Assembly: GCF_009914755.1 (NCBI RefSeq)
Contig: NC_060947.1
Length of the DNA stretch: 64,000 nucleotides
Origin: the human T2T-CHM13v2.0 reference genome, Homo sapiens
Strand: one strand, 5' to 3'
This document shows positions 1 through 15,908 of this stretch, in pieces. The notes beneath the pieces are model-generated. The model worked only from the letters and a program-made list of their open reading frames with translations, was not told the origin of the DNA and did no database searches. Numbering within the stretch: the first letter of the stretch is position 1; each line of letters starts with the position of its first letter. Position numbers and translations under genes: made by a program.

Positions 1-2822
1 AGGATATCCAAATAAGCTCAATTAGACACGAAACAGGAGATATTACAACTGACACCACAGAAACACAAAGGATCATTCAAGGCTACTATGAACACTTTTA
101 TGGGCATAAACTAGAAAACCTAGAGGAGATGGATAAATTCCTGAAAAGATACAATCCGCCTAGCTTAAATCAGAAAGAATTAGATACCTTGAACAGACCA
201 ATAACAAGCAGTGAGATTGAAATGGTAAAAAAAAAATTACCAACAAAAAAATTGCAGGACCAGACGGATTCACAGCAGAATTCTACCAGACATTAAAAGA
301 AGATTTGGTACCAATCCTGTTGACACCATTCCACAAAATAGAGAAATAAGAAACCCTCCCTAAATCATTCTATGAAGCCAGCATCACCCTAATACCCAAA
401 CCAGGAAAGGACATTTAAAAAAAGAAAACTACAGACCAATATCCCTGATGAACATAGATACTAAAATTCTTAACAAAATACTAGTAAACCAAATCCAACA
501 GCATATCAAAAAGATAATCCACCATGATCAAGTAGGTTTCATACCAGGGATGCAGGGATAGTTTAACATATGTAAGCCAATAAATGTGATACACCACATA
601 AACAGAATTTTCAAAAATCACATGATCATCTCAATACACACAGAAAAAACATTTGACAAAATCCAGCATCCCTTTATGATTAAAACCCTCAGCAAAAATC
701 AGCATACAAGGGACATACCTTAAGGTAATAAAACCGGTCTATGACGAACCCACAATCAATATTATACTGAATGGGGAAAAGTTGAAAGAGTTCACCTTCA
801 GGACTGGAACAAGACAAGCATGCCCACTCTCACCACTTCTATTCAACATAGTACTGGAAGCCCTAGCCAGAACAATCAGACAAGAGAAAGAAATTAAGGG
901 CATCCAAATTGGTAAAGAGGAAGTCAAACTGTCACTATTTGCTGATGATATGATCTTATACCTAGAAAACCCTAATGACTCTTCCAAAAAGCTCCTAGAA
1001 TACATGAATTCAGCAAAGTTTCAGGATACAAAACTAATGTACATAAATCAGTAGTTCTGCTATACACCAACAGTGATCAAGCTGAGGGTCAAGTCAAGAG
1101 CTCAACCCCTTTCACAATAGCTGCAAAAAAAAAATTAAGTATGTAGGAATATACCTAACCAAGGATGTGAAAGACCTCTACAAGGAAAACTACAAAACAT
1201 AGCTGAAAGAAATAACAGATGGCAAAAACGAATAGAAAGACATCCATGCTCATGGATGGGTAGAATCAATATTGTGAAAATGACCATACTGCCAAAAGCA
1301 ATCTACAAATTCAATGCAATTCCCATCAAAATACAACCATCATTTTTCACAGAATTAGAAATAACAATCCTAAAAGTCAATCCAAAAAAGAGCCTGCACG
1401 CCAAAGCAAGACTAAATAAGAAGAACAAATCTGAAGGCATCACATTACCTGATTTCAAACTATACTATAAGGCCATAGTCATCAAAACAGCATGGTACTG
1501 GTATAAAAATAGGCACATAGACCAATGGAATGGAGTAGAGAACCCAGAAATAAACCCAAATACTTACAGCTAACTTATCTTTGACAAAGCAAACAAAAAC
1601 ATAAAATAGAGAAAGGACACCCTATTCAACAAATGGTGTTGGGATAATTGGCAAGCCACATGTGGGAGAATGAAACTGGATCCTCATCTCTCATCCTATA
1701 TGAAAATCAACTCAAGATGGATCAAGGACTTAAATCTAAGACCTGAAACTATAAAAATTCTGGAAGATAATATTGGAAAAACCCTTCTAGACATTGGCTT
1801 AGGCAAGGATTTCATGATCAAGAAGCCAAAAGCAAATGCAATAAAAACAAACATAAACAGTTGGGACTTAATGAAACTAAAGAGCTTTAGGACAGCAAAA
1901 GGAACAGTCAACAGAGTAAACAGACAACTCAAAAAGTGGGAGAAAATCTTCACAATCTATACATCTCACAAAGGACTAATATCCAGAATCTACAATGAAC
2001 TCAAACAAATTAGCAAGAAAAAAAAAAACAACAATCCTATCAAAAAGTGGGCTTAGGACATGAATAGACAATTCTCAAAAGAAGATATACAAATGTCCAA
2101 TAAACATATGACAAAATGTTCAACATCACTAATTATTAGGGAAATGCAAACCAAAACCACAATGTGATACCACCTTACTCCTGCTAGAATGGCTATAATC
2201 AAAAAATCAAAAAATAATAAAAGTTGGCATGGATGCGGTGAACAGGCAGCACTTCTACATTGCTAGTGGGAATGTAAACTAGTGCAGCCACTATGGAAAA
2301 CTGTGGGGATTCCTTAAAAAACTAAAAATAGAACTACAATTTTTTCCAGCAATCTCACTACCGCATATCTACCCAGAGGAAAAAAAGTCATTATTCGAAA
2401 AAGATACTTGCACACTCATGTTTATAGCAGCACAATTCACAATTGCAAAATCATGGAACCAACCCAAATGCCCATCAATCAACAAGTGGATAAAGAGACC
2501 TGGATGAGATTGGAGACTATTATTCTAAGTGAAGTAACTCAGGAATGGTAAAACAAATCTTGTATGCTCTTACTCATAATTGGGAGCTAAGCTATGAGGA
2601 TGCAAAGGCATAACAATGACACAATGGACTCTGGGGACTCAGGGTGAAAGGGTGGGAAGGAGGTGGGGGATAAAATACCACAAATTGGGTGCAGTGTATA
2701 CTGCTTGGGTGATGTGTGCACCCAAATCTCACAAATCACCACTGAAGAATGTACTCAGGTAACCAAATACCATCTGTTCCTCAATAAACTATGAAAATAA
2801 AAAAAGTAATAAAATAAAATAA
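1..2822 (+). mobile_element. L1PB1-like LINE-1, ORF2 (RT to C-terminus) plus 3' UTR; runs off the window start; disrupted
   Basis: ORF fragments 782-1054 (contains [10 protein letters not shown], the RT motif), 1256-1573 and 1670-2056 are L1 ORF2. The 3' UTR 'gctatgaggatgcaaaggcata...aaatctcacaaatcaccact...aataaa' is of L1PB type. Multiple frameshifts and stops. Confidence 0.9.
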
Positions 2823-3610
2823 AATGGTACTGCCACTTTGGCAAATAGTCTTGTGTTTCTTCAAAATGTTAGAGTTATACAACCCAAACATTTCACTCCT
2901 AGGTATATACACAAGAAATTTGAAAACATATGTTTACACAAAAACTTATACAGTAGCAGCCTTTATTTATAATAGACAAAAAGTGAAAAAAGTACAAATG
3001 TTCATGAACTGATGAATGATCAAATAAAATGTGGTATATCTGTTCAATGGAGTACTATTTAGCCACAATGACATGAAGTGCTGATATGTACTACAACATG
3101 AATGAATTTTGAAAACATTATGCTAAGTGAAAGAAGTCAGATACAAAAAGCCACATTTTATATTATTTCACTCATATGAATTGTCCTATATAGGAACAGT
3201 CATGAAGGAAAAAATATATTAGTGGCTGCTAGAATCAAAGGGAAGAAGGGAATGCGAAATGGTGAAGAACTGCTAATATATTTAGGGTTTCTTTCTGTGG
3301 TAATAAATATTCTGCAATTAGATAGTGCTGATGTTGATATAACCTTGTGAATACACTAAAAGCTACTGTATCATATATTTTATTTTGTTATTTGTATAAA
3401 TGCAAGGGATGTAAATGTAAATTTGTTACTGTGCAGTGGAGAAGTCTAAGGGTTTAGTGTATCCATCGTCCAAATGATGTACAGAAACAATATAAAGATT
3501 TCTTCAAATCTTTATAACTGAAAATAGAACCACCATTTAAACTGTATACTTAAAATAGAGAGTTTATGATATGTGGATTATATCTCAGATTTTTTAAAAA
3601 GATAAGATAA
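2823..3610 (+). mobile_element. L1MB-type 3' end fragment, interrupted at about 3372-3537
   Basis: 'aaaacattatgctaagtgaaagaagtcagatacaaaaagccaca' and 'aattagatagtgctgatgttg...gtgaatacactaaaa' match L1MB 3' ends. Confidence 0.75.
3372..3537 (-). mobile_element. Short L1PB4/L1MA-type 3' fragment, with a small sense-strand L1 piece, nested in the L1MB
   Basis: T-rich start, then 'gtggagaagtctaagggtttagtgtatccatc', antisense to an L1PB/MA 3' end. 'aaacaatataaagatttc...aaaatagaaccaccatt' is sense ORF2-end-like. Confidence 0.5.
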
Positions 3611-3699
3611 ACTATGCAAAGCACAATAAAGTGAAGCACAATAAAATGAAGTAAGCCTGTACTCACTCTTTCTACCTTTGTCATTTTCAGATATTCATC

Positions 3700-5150
3700 A
3701 ATCCACTGTAATTTTGGAGCTTACCACTCCACTGAACGTAATTTAGACAAGGAACCAACTGAACTTTATATTGCAAGCGCCAACAAGACATTCTTGAGAC
3801 CTTATTTTACTTGTTCTTTCTGCAGTGTTCAAGGCTACTGGCCACACTATTCCCTTTTTGAAACTGTATTTTCTTGATTTCTAAAATACCACTCTCTCCC
3901 ACTTCTACTGGTTTAAAGTTTGAGACTGCTTCTTTGATATCTCCCTCATAGAGTCTTTACTGTCTGGTTATACTGGCTTGTCTGAGATTAATCTTTAGCT
4001 CATTTTTCTTCTACATGTACATACTCTCTCTGACTGATCTTATTCATGCAGTTTCATTTTTACCTGTATGCAAATGATTCCTAACATGAATTGTACAGAC
4101 TTCTTTCTTGAGCTCCAGATCCACGTATGGCAGAATAAAATGTTTGAATGTGATAGTATTTACAGACTCTTCTCATTCATCAGTCCTCCAAAAATAATCT
4201 TGTAATTGCCATCTAATTTCTTTTTTCCTCCTCATATCCTGAAAAGAAGCAATCATTTATTGCTGGAAGAGAGGCTATTTATATATAATAAAATTTAGGG
4301 GTTGAAGAAGAGAAAAGAGACATAAAGCTGAGAAAGCTGGGGTAAGAAGAACTGTTCTTTTGTCTTAGGTTTGCAAGAGATTAGAGCTTTAGGGGCCTTG
4401 TGGGGTAAAGATAATTGATTAGAGAGAAGAGGGTTTAAATAAGGATTGCTGTAGATTGTATATTGGGATATCCTCTGAAATGTTTCAAGAAATGTGAATA
4501 AATTAGTTTTGGCTATTATATAATGATTCTTTAAATCCCAATTCCTTCAGAGGCTGAGCCACATGCCTTCCCTTATCAAGATCTATTATGATTAAACATA
4601 CAGATATCTAACAGTCAATGAGTTTCTCCATGGGCATCTCAGATACAATGTGTTCAAAATTGAATTTGTCCAAAATGTAACATATGGAAAAACAAACTCA
4701 ATGGTATATATAGTGGTAAAGAACATAAATTCTAGAAATGAACTCACTGAGTTCGAATTTTATCTACATCACTTAATATCTGAGTGGCCTTGGGAATATT
4801 TCTGAAAATATCTATGATTCCACTATATCTGTTAAAGGGGGATTACACAAGTGCCTACCACAGGGGATTGCTAGGATGGTTAAATGGGTTAATATTTGTA
4901 AAGCACTTGAAACAGTAGCTGATGCCTAGTAAACAATACCTGTATTAAATGAATAAAATACAAATCTTCACCCTTCCATTCACCTTCACTCTTGTCTTCC
5001 TCCAGTGATCACCATTTCAATGAATGAAATCATCATGTACCCAAGAGCCTATATCAGAAAACTAAATATTATTCTTGACCTCTCCTCTCTCATCTCTCAC
5101 CTTAAATTGGCTGCCAATTATTGTTAATTATGCATTCCTGATACTATCTT
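3700..5150 (+). mobile_element. Fragmented L2 LINE, interrupted by a MIR
   Basis: 'ccactccactgaa', a degenerate RT motif 'tgtatgcaaatgattcc' and 'cttgagctccagatcc' are typical of L2. Confidence 0.65.
4700..4958 (+). mobile_element. MIR SINE
   Basis: 'gtggccttggga...ctgttaaagggggatta...gttaatatttgtaaagcacttgaaacagtagctgatgcctagtaa' matches the MIR core and 3' end. Confidence 0.75.
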
Positions 5151-5169
5151 CTTCCTTCTAAAACTACAT

Positions 5170-5830
5170 TAACTCATACTTTCTGTGCTAGGCACTAGGA
5201 ATACAATGATGAAAAGGATGGCAAGCAACATTCTTCTCATATAATCTATGGTTTAAAAAGAAAGACAAGTATTGTACAATTACTTTCAAAATGTCAAGTT
5301 TTCTTCTAGATAATATGGCTATAAAGTTGAGTACTTATTTCCTTGAGGAACCCAGTGTATGAGAAATTGATACATAAAGTGAGAATTACAAATTACAGTT
5401 TTGTGATCAGTGTTCTATTGGAGAGATTTACAAAAAGCAGTGGGGTCCACACAACCAAGTCTTCCTGAATGGGAAGTTAGGCAGATATTCCCAGAGGGGG
5501 TGACTTTTTTGAGTCAGAGAAGAAATAAGGAGTTTATTACATGACAAAGGAAGTAAAGACCATTCTAGGGGTAGGAAATAGTATATGTAAAGACATTCAG
5601 TCATGAAAGAGCATTGTTTTAAGAAAATTATGATAGCTTCCATGGGGCTAGAACATAGCAATAGGAGAAGGCCTTGTTAGGAGGAAGAAAGGAATGTTGA
5701 GGTTTGATGATGAAGATCGTTCTGACAGGCTAAGGAGTTTGGTCATAATTCTCAGAAACTAGGCTCTACCAGGAGATTCTGAGTGGAAGGATAGCGTGAT
5801 TCCACCAGAGTGCTTCCATGATAAAACAGG
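5170..5830 (-). mobile_element. L2 3' fragment
   Basis: 'ctgtgctaggcactaggaatacaatgatgaa...aggctaaggagtttggtc' is antisense to an L2 3' end. Confidence 0.6.
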
Positions 5831-7302
5831 ATTAGATAGACATTGCCTTACTCGGTTTGCAAAACTGTAGCATTTCCTAGAAATTTTAATCTGATTAAGT
5901 GTTTATAAAATCCCTGAAGCTACTAAATTGGGCCTATGGAACTCATATTATAAACTGCTCAGGTTTTATGAAAAAGAAAATCAGATGGAGGGGCTTCAAG
6001 ATGGCTGACTAGAGGTATTTTGTACCCACTTCTTCCAGTAAGAAACTAATAGTTAGATAATCACATTTTGAATAGATCATCCAAGAGAGAACACTGGAAC
6101 TCAACAGAAAAGTGACAGGAAATACCTAAAGTAAAGAAGAAGGAACTGAAGCAGCCTGCTTGGTTAGGATTGGCTGGGAGCTGAGAAAGACTCCTTAATA
6201 TGGGGAAAGGGTAAGTGAGAGAACCTCAGCGGTCCACATTCCCACCATGGACTCCAGCAAACCTAGCCAGGGGACAGTACATTGACCCTCACAGGCCCTG
6301 AAACTAACATAAAGAGCTGCTGGTGGATTGTGCAACAGCACTACTCCAGAAAGGAGCTCACACATTCCTTGAGATATAAGCACCTAGAGAAGGGTGCCAT
6401 TTTATAGCTCCACCCCCAACAGACTGCTCTGTCCTGGAGCTCAGCAGCACTAGGGCTTAGGCATAAGAGACACGCAGATTGTTGTTCCTAGGGCTGAGGT
6501 GTGACTGAGGCACAGAATACTGCCATAAGGGCTGAACCATGAATGTGGCATCAGCTATCACAACAGGGGCTGAGGTGCAAGTATTGCCAGGACTGAGGCA
6601 TGAGTTGTGCTCACATTCCCCACCCACTGGCAGCCCTGGCCTCCCCAGTGGCGGGGCAGCAGCATGTTTGCTGCTGGACCCCATCTAAGCATTCCAGTAG
6701 TTAGCCTGGGGATTACCCTGCCCCTTCCCACCATGGCTGGTACCTGCAAATACCATTGAGGGGCCTAGGGACAAGCCTTCCTGGCCTGGCTTCACCACCC
6801 CTGGGTCGGAGCACACAGTCTGGGGATCAGGGAATTGCCCAACCCATTCCATCATCATTGGCACATGAACACTCCTTCCAGGATCTGAAGGTGGACCTAG
6901 TCACTCAGTTGTTACTACTTCAGCTGGCATCTACTGGCACACACCATCTATGGGCCTGGAGATTGGCCTGCTTAGCCAATTGCAGCCACCACCATCACCA
7001 GCATGCACCACTTGGGAACTAGAGGGTTGACCTCCCACTGCCATTGCCATTGCCCAAATTACATCAGCTGTCAAGGGGCCCACTAACCCACCCATCCACC
7101 TAGCCCACCATTGTCACTACTGGCATTTGAGTAAACTCCTTGGAAGCCCAATATTTGGCCTGCTTGGACCCACTAATACCAATACCAGCATATGCTGCCC
7201 TGGGGCCCAGGGACATGCACATTCAGCCTACTGCTACTACCACTGAGTCTTGAAGACTGGCTCACTTGGCATCCCAGTCTCCAGCAAAACTTTATCACAA
7301 CT

Positions 7303-8763
<1,461 letters not shown>

Positions 8764-9217
8764 CAGCCTCTACTAATAACTACACCTTAAGCCATGGAGG
8801 AAATAAGAAATACCACTGATGCAGTTTACAGCTGAAGAAATCATGCATAGACCACACTACTGTATGCATTCAGGATTACAGTGAAAGTGCCCTACCCAGT
8901 CAACACCATGGGTACATTTTCAGGAAAAAGTCCTCCCCTAAAAAAGGAAGTTCAAAAAATTGGAACAAGTGACTATTATATTAGATGCACATATATCAAT
9001 GCAAGGATACAAGAAACATGAAAAAGCAAGGAAATATGACACCTCCCAAATAATACAATGCATCAGCAACAGATCCTAATCAAAAATAAATTTTATGAAA
9101 TCTTGGAAAAGGAATTTTAATTATTTATTCTTACTTAGCTCAGTGAGATACAAGAAAATTCTGAAAAAAATACCAAACATCAGAAAAAACAAGAATATAA
9201 ATCACAAATTTACCAAA

Positions 9218-9385
9218 GATATATATATATTTAATATATAATATATGTTTTATATATATTTAATATATAATATATATTACACACCGTCTATGGGCCTGGA
9301 GATTGGCCTGCTTAGCCAATTGCAGCCACCACCATCACCATAATTTTATACATATTTTATAATATATATAAAATATTATATATAA
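9218..9385. repeat. TA-rich low-complexity tract containing a 62-bp inserted copy
   Basis: (TA)n-like sequence on both sides of 9279-9340. Confidence 0.85.
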
Positions 9386-10663
9386 AATAAAAAGAATCAA
9401 ACATATATTCTGGAATAAATAATTCATTGACTGAAATACAAAAGACATTTGCAAGCTTCAACAATGGTCTAGAACAAGTAGAAAAATCTCAGAACTTGAA
9501 GAAATGTCTTGGAAATAATACAGTCAGACAAAAAAAAAAAAAGAATGAGCAAAGCCTTTTTGAAATGTAGAACGCTGTAAAGTGACCAAATGCTTGTATT
9601 ATCAAGGACCCAGAAGACAAAGAGAACACGAAAGTGTTAGAAAACCTATTTAACATAATCAGAGATGAAAACTTACCAAGTTGAGCAAGAGATACAGGAG
9701 TTTCTGAGACTCCCTAACAGATACAATGCAAAAGGTGTTCTCAATGGCACATTATTGTAAAACCGTCTAAAGTCAAAGACAAGGAGAGAGTTCTAAAAAT
9801 ATCAAGAGAAAAGCATATATTCATAGAGAACCCTCATCAGACTAACAGCAGGTTTTTCATCAGAAACCTTACAGACTAGAAGAAAATGAGATAGTATATT
9901 CTAAGTGATGAAAGAAAAAGAACTCTGCCAGTCAAGGATACTATATCCAGTGAAATGATTCTTCATAAACGAAGGAGAAATAAAGTATTTCTCAAACAAG
10001 CAAAAGTTGAGGGAATTCATTACTACTATACTGACCCTACAAAAAATGCTCAAGAGGATGTTAAACAAGGAAGCAAAAGGACATTTATCATAATGAAAGC
10101 ACATGAAGTATAAAACTCACTGGTAAAGCAGACACACAAATGAGGAAGAAAAATGATTCAAATGGTACCAGTACAGAAGATTATCAAATTGCAATGACAA
10201 ACAATAAGAAAAAAAGAAAGGAACAAGGAATATATAAAATAACCAAAAAGATATTCAACAAAATAACAGAAACAAAATCATGCATATAAATAATAACCTT
10301 GAATGTAAATGGATTAAGTTCTCCACTTAAAAGATATATACTGGCTGAGTGGATTATAAAAACCATGATCCAACGATATGCTGTGTAGAAGAAATGCACT
10401 GTACCTGTAAATACACATATAAATGGAAAGAAAATGAATAGAAAGCAGATATTTCACATAAATGAAACCAAAAGTGAACATAAATAGCTACACTTAGATA
10501 AAACAGACTAAATCAAAAATAGTAAAAAAAAAAAGACAAAGAAGATCATTATATGATAATAATGAGATCAATCCAGCAAGAGGATATAACAATTCTGAAT
10601 ATATTTGCATCCAAAACTGGAGCACCCAGATTCATCAAGCAAATATTACTACATATAAACAGA

Positions 10664-10703
10664 CAGAGAGAGAGGGAGGGAGAGAGAGAGAGAGAGAGAG
10701 AGA
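10664..10703 (+). repeat. (GA)n microsatellite
   Basis: Read directly from the sequence. Confidence 0.95.
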
Positions 10704-11002
10704 CTCTAATACAATAATAGTGGGGAACTTCATCACCCCAAATGCAGCATTAGACAGATAATCTAGACAGAAAATCAACAAGGAAACATTGGTTTATGCT
10801 GGACTTTAGACCAAATGAACCTAACAAACACTTATAAAACATTTTATCCAACACCGCAGATTATATATTCTTTTCATCAGCACATGGAACATTTTCTAGG
10901 ATAGATTGTATGTTAGGTTACAAGACAAGTCTCAACAAATTTTTAAAAACCGAAATTATATCAAGTATTTCCTCAGACCACAGTGGAATAAAACTAGAAA
11001 TC

Positions 11003-11339
<337 letters not shown>

Positions 11340-13451
11340 CTAGAAATGAATACCAAGGGACCAAGGGGACTTTAGAAACTATACAGATACACAGATATTA
11401 GATAACATGCAAATTGTTAAGCATGACACATCACATCAACAGAAGAAGGGCAAAACTATGTTATCTCAATAGATGCAGAAAAAGCATTTGATAGAATTCA
11501 ACATCCCTTAATGATAAAAACTCTCAATAAACCCTACATAGAAGGAGCATTCCTCAGAATAATAATGGCCACATGTGACAAACCCACAGTTAACATCATA
11601 CTGATTGGTAAAAAATTGAAAGCCTTTCCTCTAACAATTGGCAAAAGACAAAAATGCCCACTTTTAACATTCTCATTCAGAATAGTACAGGAAGTCCTAG
11701 CCAGAGCAATCAGGCAAGAGAAAAAAAATCAAAGGCATCCAGATTGGAAAAGAAGAAGTCAAACTGTCCCTCTTTGCAGATGACATAATTTTATATTAAA
11801 AAATACCAAAGGCTCCACCAAAACATTCTTAGAAGTGATAAACAAATTCAATGAAGTTGCAGGATACAAAATCAACATACAAAAATCACTATTGTTTCTA
11901 TGCGCCAATATTTAAATAGCTGAAAAAGAAATCAAGAAGGCAATACCATTAACAATAGCTACAAACAAATCTAGGAATAAATTTAACCAAGGAGATGAAA
12001 GATCGTTACAGGAAAAACTGCAAAACACCAATGAAAGAAATTGAAAAGGACACAAACAAATGGAAATACATTCCACACTCACCAATCTGAAGAACTAACA
12101 TCACTAAAATGGACATACTGCCGAAAGCAATCTACAGATTCATTGTAATCTCTATCAAAATACCAATGTTATTTTTCACAGAAATAGAAAAATAACCATA
12201 CTAAAATTTATTTTGAACCAAAAAAGAGCCCAAAGATCCAAAGTAATTCTGAGTAAAAAGAACAAATCTGGAGGCATTTCATTACATGACTTCAAAATAT
12301 ATTACAAGACTACAGTAAACAAAACAGCATGGTATTGGTGTATAAAATACACATGTAGAATAATGGTGCAAAATAAAGAACTCATAAATAAATCCACATA
12401 CATGTTTATAGCAAACTGAGTTTTGAAAAGGTGCTATGAACACACACTGGGGAAAGAATACCCTCTTCACTACATGGTGCTGGGAAAATTAGATATCCAT
12501 AAGTAGAAGAATGAAACTGGACTCCTACTTTTCACCGTATACAAAAATCAAATTAAGATAGATTAAAGACCTAAAAATAAGACCTGAGACTATAAAAAAA
12601 CTAGGAACATTGGACTTAAGTTGGACTTTAGACCAAATTGACTTAATAGACATTTACAGAACATTCTACATTCTTTTCATCAGCACCTGGGACATTCTCC
12701 AAGATAGAACATGTTAGGCCACAAAACAAGTCTTAACAAATTTGTAACAATCAAAATAATGTCAAGAATCTTGTCAGACCACAGTGGAATAAAGCTATGA
12801 ATCAACACCAAGAAGAATATTGGAAACTATACAAATACAGAAAAATTAAACATCATGGTCTTGAACCATCACTGAGTCAATGAAGAAATTAATATGGAAT
12901 TTAAAAAAGAAATAAGTGAATGAAAATAAAAACACAATATACCAAAACCTGTAGGATACAGCAAAGGCAGTGCTAAGACGGAAATTTGTAGCATTAAATG
13001 CCTGCATCAAAAAGTAGAAAGATAAAAAACAAGAACCCAGCATTGCACTTCAAGGAACTAGAAAAAGAACAAATCAAACCTAAAGATATCAGAACAAAAA
13101 AATAATAAAGATTGGAGCAGAATTAAATAAAGTAGAGACAATAAAAAATACAAAGGATCAATGAAATGAAAAGTTGGTTCTTCAAAAAGATAAAATTAGT
13201 AAACCACTAGCTAGACTGAGAGAAAAAGAGAGAAGATCCAAGTAAACACAATCAGAAATGAAAACAGTGACATTATAACTGATACTGCAGAAATACAAAA
13301 AATTATCAGAGGCTATTATGAACAGCTGTACACTCAGAAACTAGAAAACCTAGAGTAAGTGGATAAATTCCTGGAAATGCACAACCTCTCAAAGATTGAG
13401 CCAGGCAGAAAGATAACTCTTGAAATGACAAATAATGTGTAGTGAGATTAA

Positions 13452-13920
<469 letters not shown>

Positions 13921-15908
13921 TGATACCAAAATCAGATAAGGACACAGCAAAGAAAGAAAACTACAAACCAACAACCCTGATGAACATAGAGGCAAAAATC
14001 CACAACAAAATACTAGCAAATTCAATTCAATGGCACATTAAAAAGATAATACACCATGACCAGCCAGGATTTATCCCAGGGATGCAAGGATGGTTCAACA
14101 TACGTGAATCAATAAATACAAACATCACATAAACAAAATTAAGGACAAAAATAATATTATCACCTCAATAGATACAGAAAATGCATTCAATAACATTCAG
14201 CATCCCTTCATGATAAAAATTCTCAACAAACTAGACACAGAAGGAACACATGTCAACATAATGAAGGCCATATATGACAATCCCATAACCAACCTTGTAC
14301 TGAATGCAGAAAAGTTGAAAGAATTCCCTGTAAGAACTGGAACAAGACAGGATGCCCACTTTCACCACTCTCATTTAACATAGTGGTGGAATTCTTTGAC
14401 AAAGCTATCAGGCAAGAGAAAATAAAAGGCATCCGAATTGAAAAGCAGAAAGTCCAATTATCCCTTTTCACTGATGATATGATATGATTGTATATTTAGA
14501 AAAACCTAAAGAATCCACCAAAAACTCTTTGATTTGGTAAATGAATTCAGTAAAGGTTCAGGACACAAAAATTAATATAGAGAAATCCATAGTGTTTCTA
14601 TATAATGATAAAAATCAGGCTGAGGACAAAATCAAGAAGGCAATCCCATTTACAATAGCTACAAAAAATAGAATGCCTAGGAATATATTTAACCTAGGAA
14701 GTGAAAGTTCTCTATAAGGAGAACTACTACAAAACACTGTTGAAAGAAATCATAGATGACACAAATTAATGGAAACACATCCCATGCTCATGGATAAGAA
14801 GAATCAATATTTTGAAAATGACCATACTGTTCAAAGCAATCTACAGATTCAATGCAATTCCTATCAAAACACCATCATCATTTTTCACAGAACTAGAAAA
14901 ATATCCGAAAATTCATATGGAAGCAAAAAATAGCCTGATTAAGCAAAAGAAATCCTAAGCAAAAAGAACAAAGCTTGAGGCATCACATTACCTGTCTTTA
15001 AATTATACTACAAGTCTATGGTAACCAAAAGAGCATGATACTGGTATAAAAATAAACACACAGATAAACGGAACAGAGTAGAGAACCTAGAAATAAAGTC
15101 ATGTACCTACAACCAACAGATCTCTGACAAAGTCAGCAAAAATATGCATTGGGAAGGTGGCATTCTATTCAATGAATGGTTCTGGGAAAACTGGATAGCC
15201 ATCTGCAGAAGAATGAAACTGGATCCATACCTCTTACTATGCACAAAAATTAACTCAAGATAGATCACAGACCTAAGCATAATATCTGAGACTATTAAAA
15301 TCCTAGAAGAAAACCTAGGACAAACTTTTCTAGACATTGGCCCAGTCAAAGAGTTTATGACTAAGATCTCAAAAGCACAGAAAAATAAAACAAAAATAGA
15401 CAAATGAGACTGTTTTCAACTCGAAAGCTTCTGTACAGCAAAAGAAACAATCAACAGAGCAAACAGACAATGTACAGAATGGGAAAAATATTTGCAATCT
15501 ATGCCCCAACAAAGGGCTAATATCCAGCATTTACATGGATCTCACAGAAGCTAACAAGAAAAAAGACCTAATTAAAAAGTGGACAAAGGGTATGAAAAGA
15601 CATTTTTCAAAAGAAGACATACAAGTGGCCAGGAAACATATGAAAAAATGCTTAATATCACTAGTCATCACTATAACGCAAATTAAAACCACAACGAGAT
15701 ACTATCTTACACCATTCAGAATGGCTATTAAAATGTCTAAAAACAGAAGGAGGTTCCAAGTTGGCCGAATAGGAACAGTTCAAGTCTGCAGCTCCCAGCA
15801 TGAGCGATGCAGAAGACAGGTGATTTCTGCATTTCCAACTGAGGTACCAGGTTCATCTCACTGGGGCTTGTCAGACAGTGGATGCAGCCCACGGAGCAGG
15901 GTGGGGCA

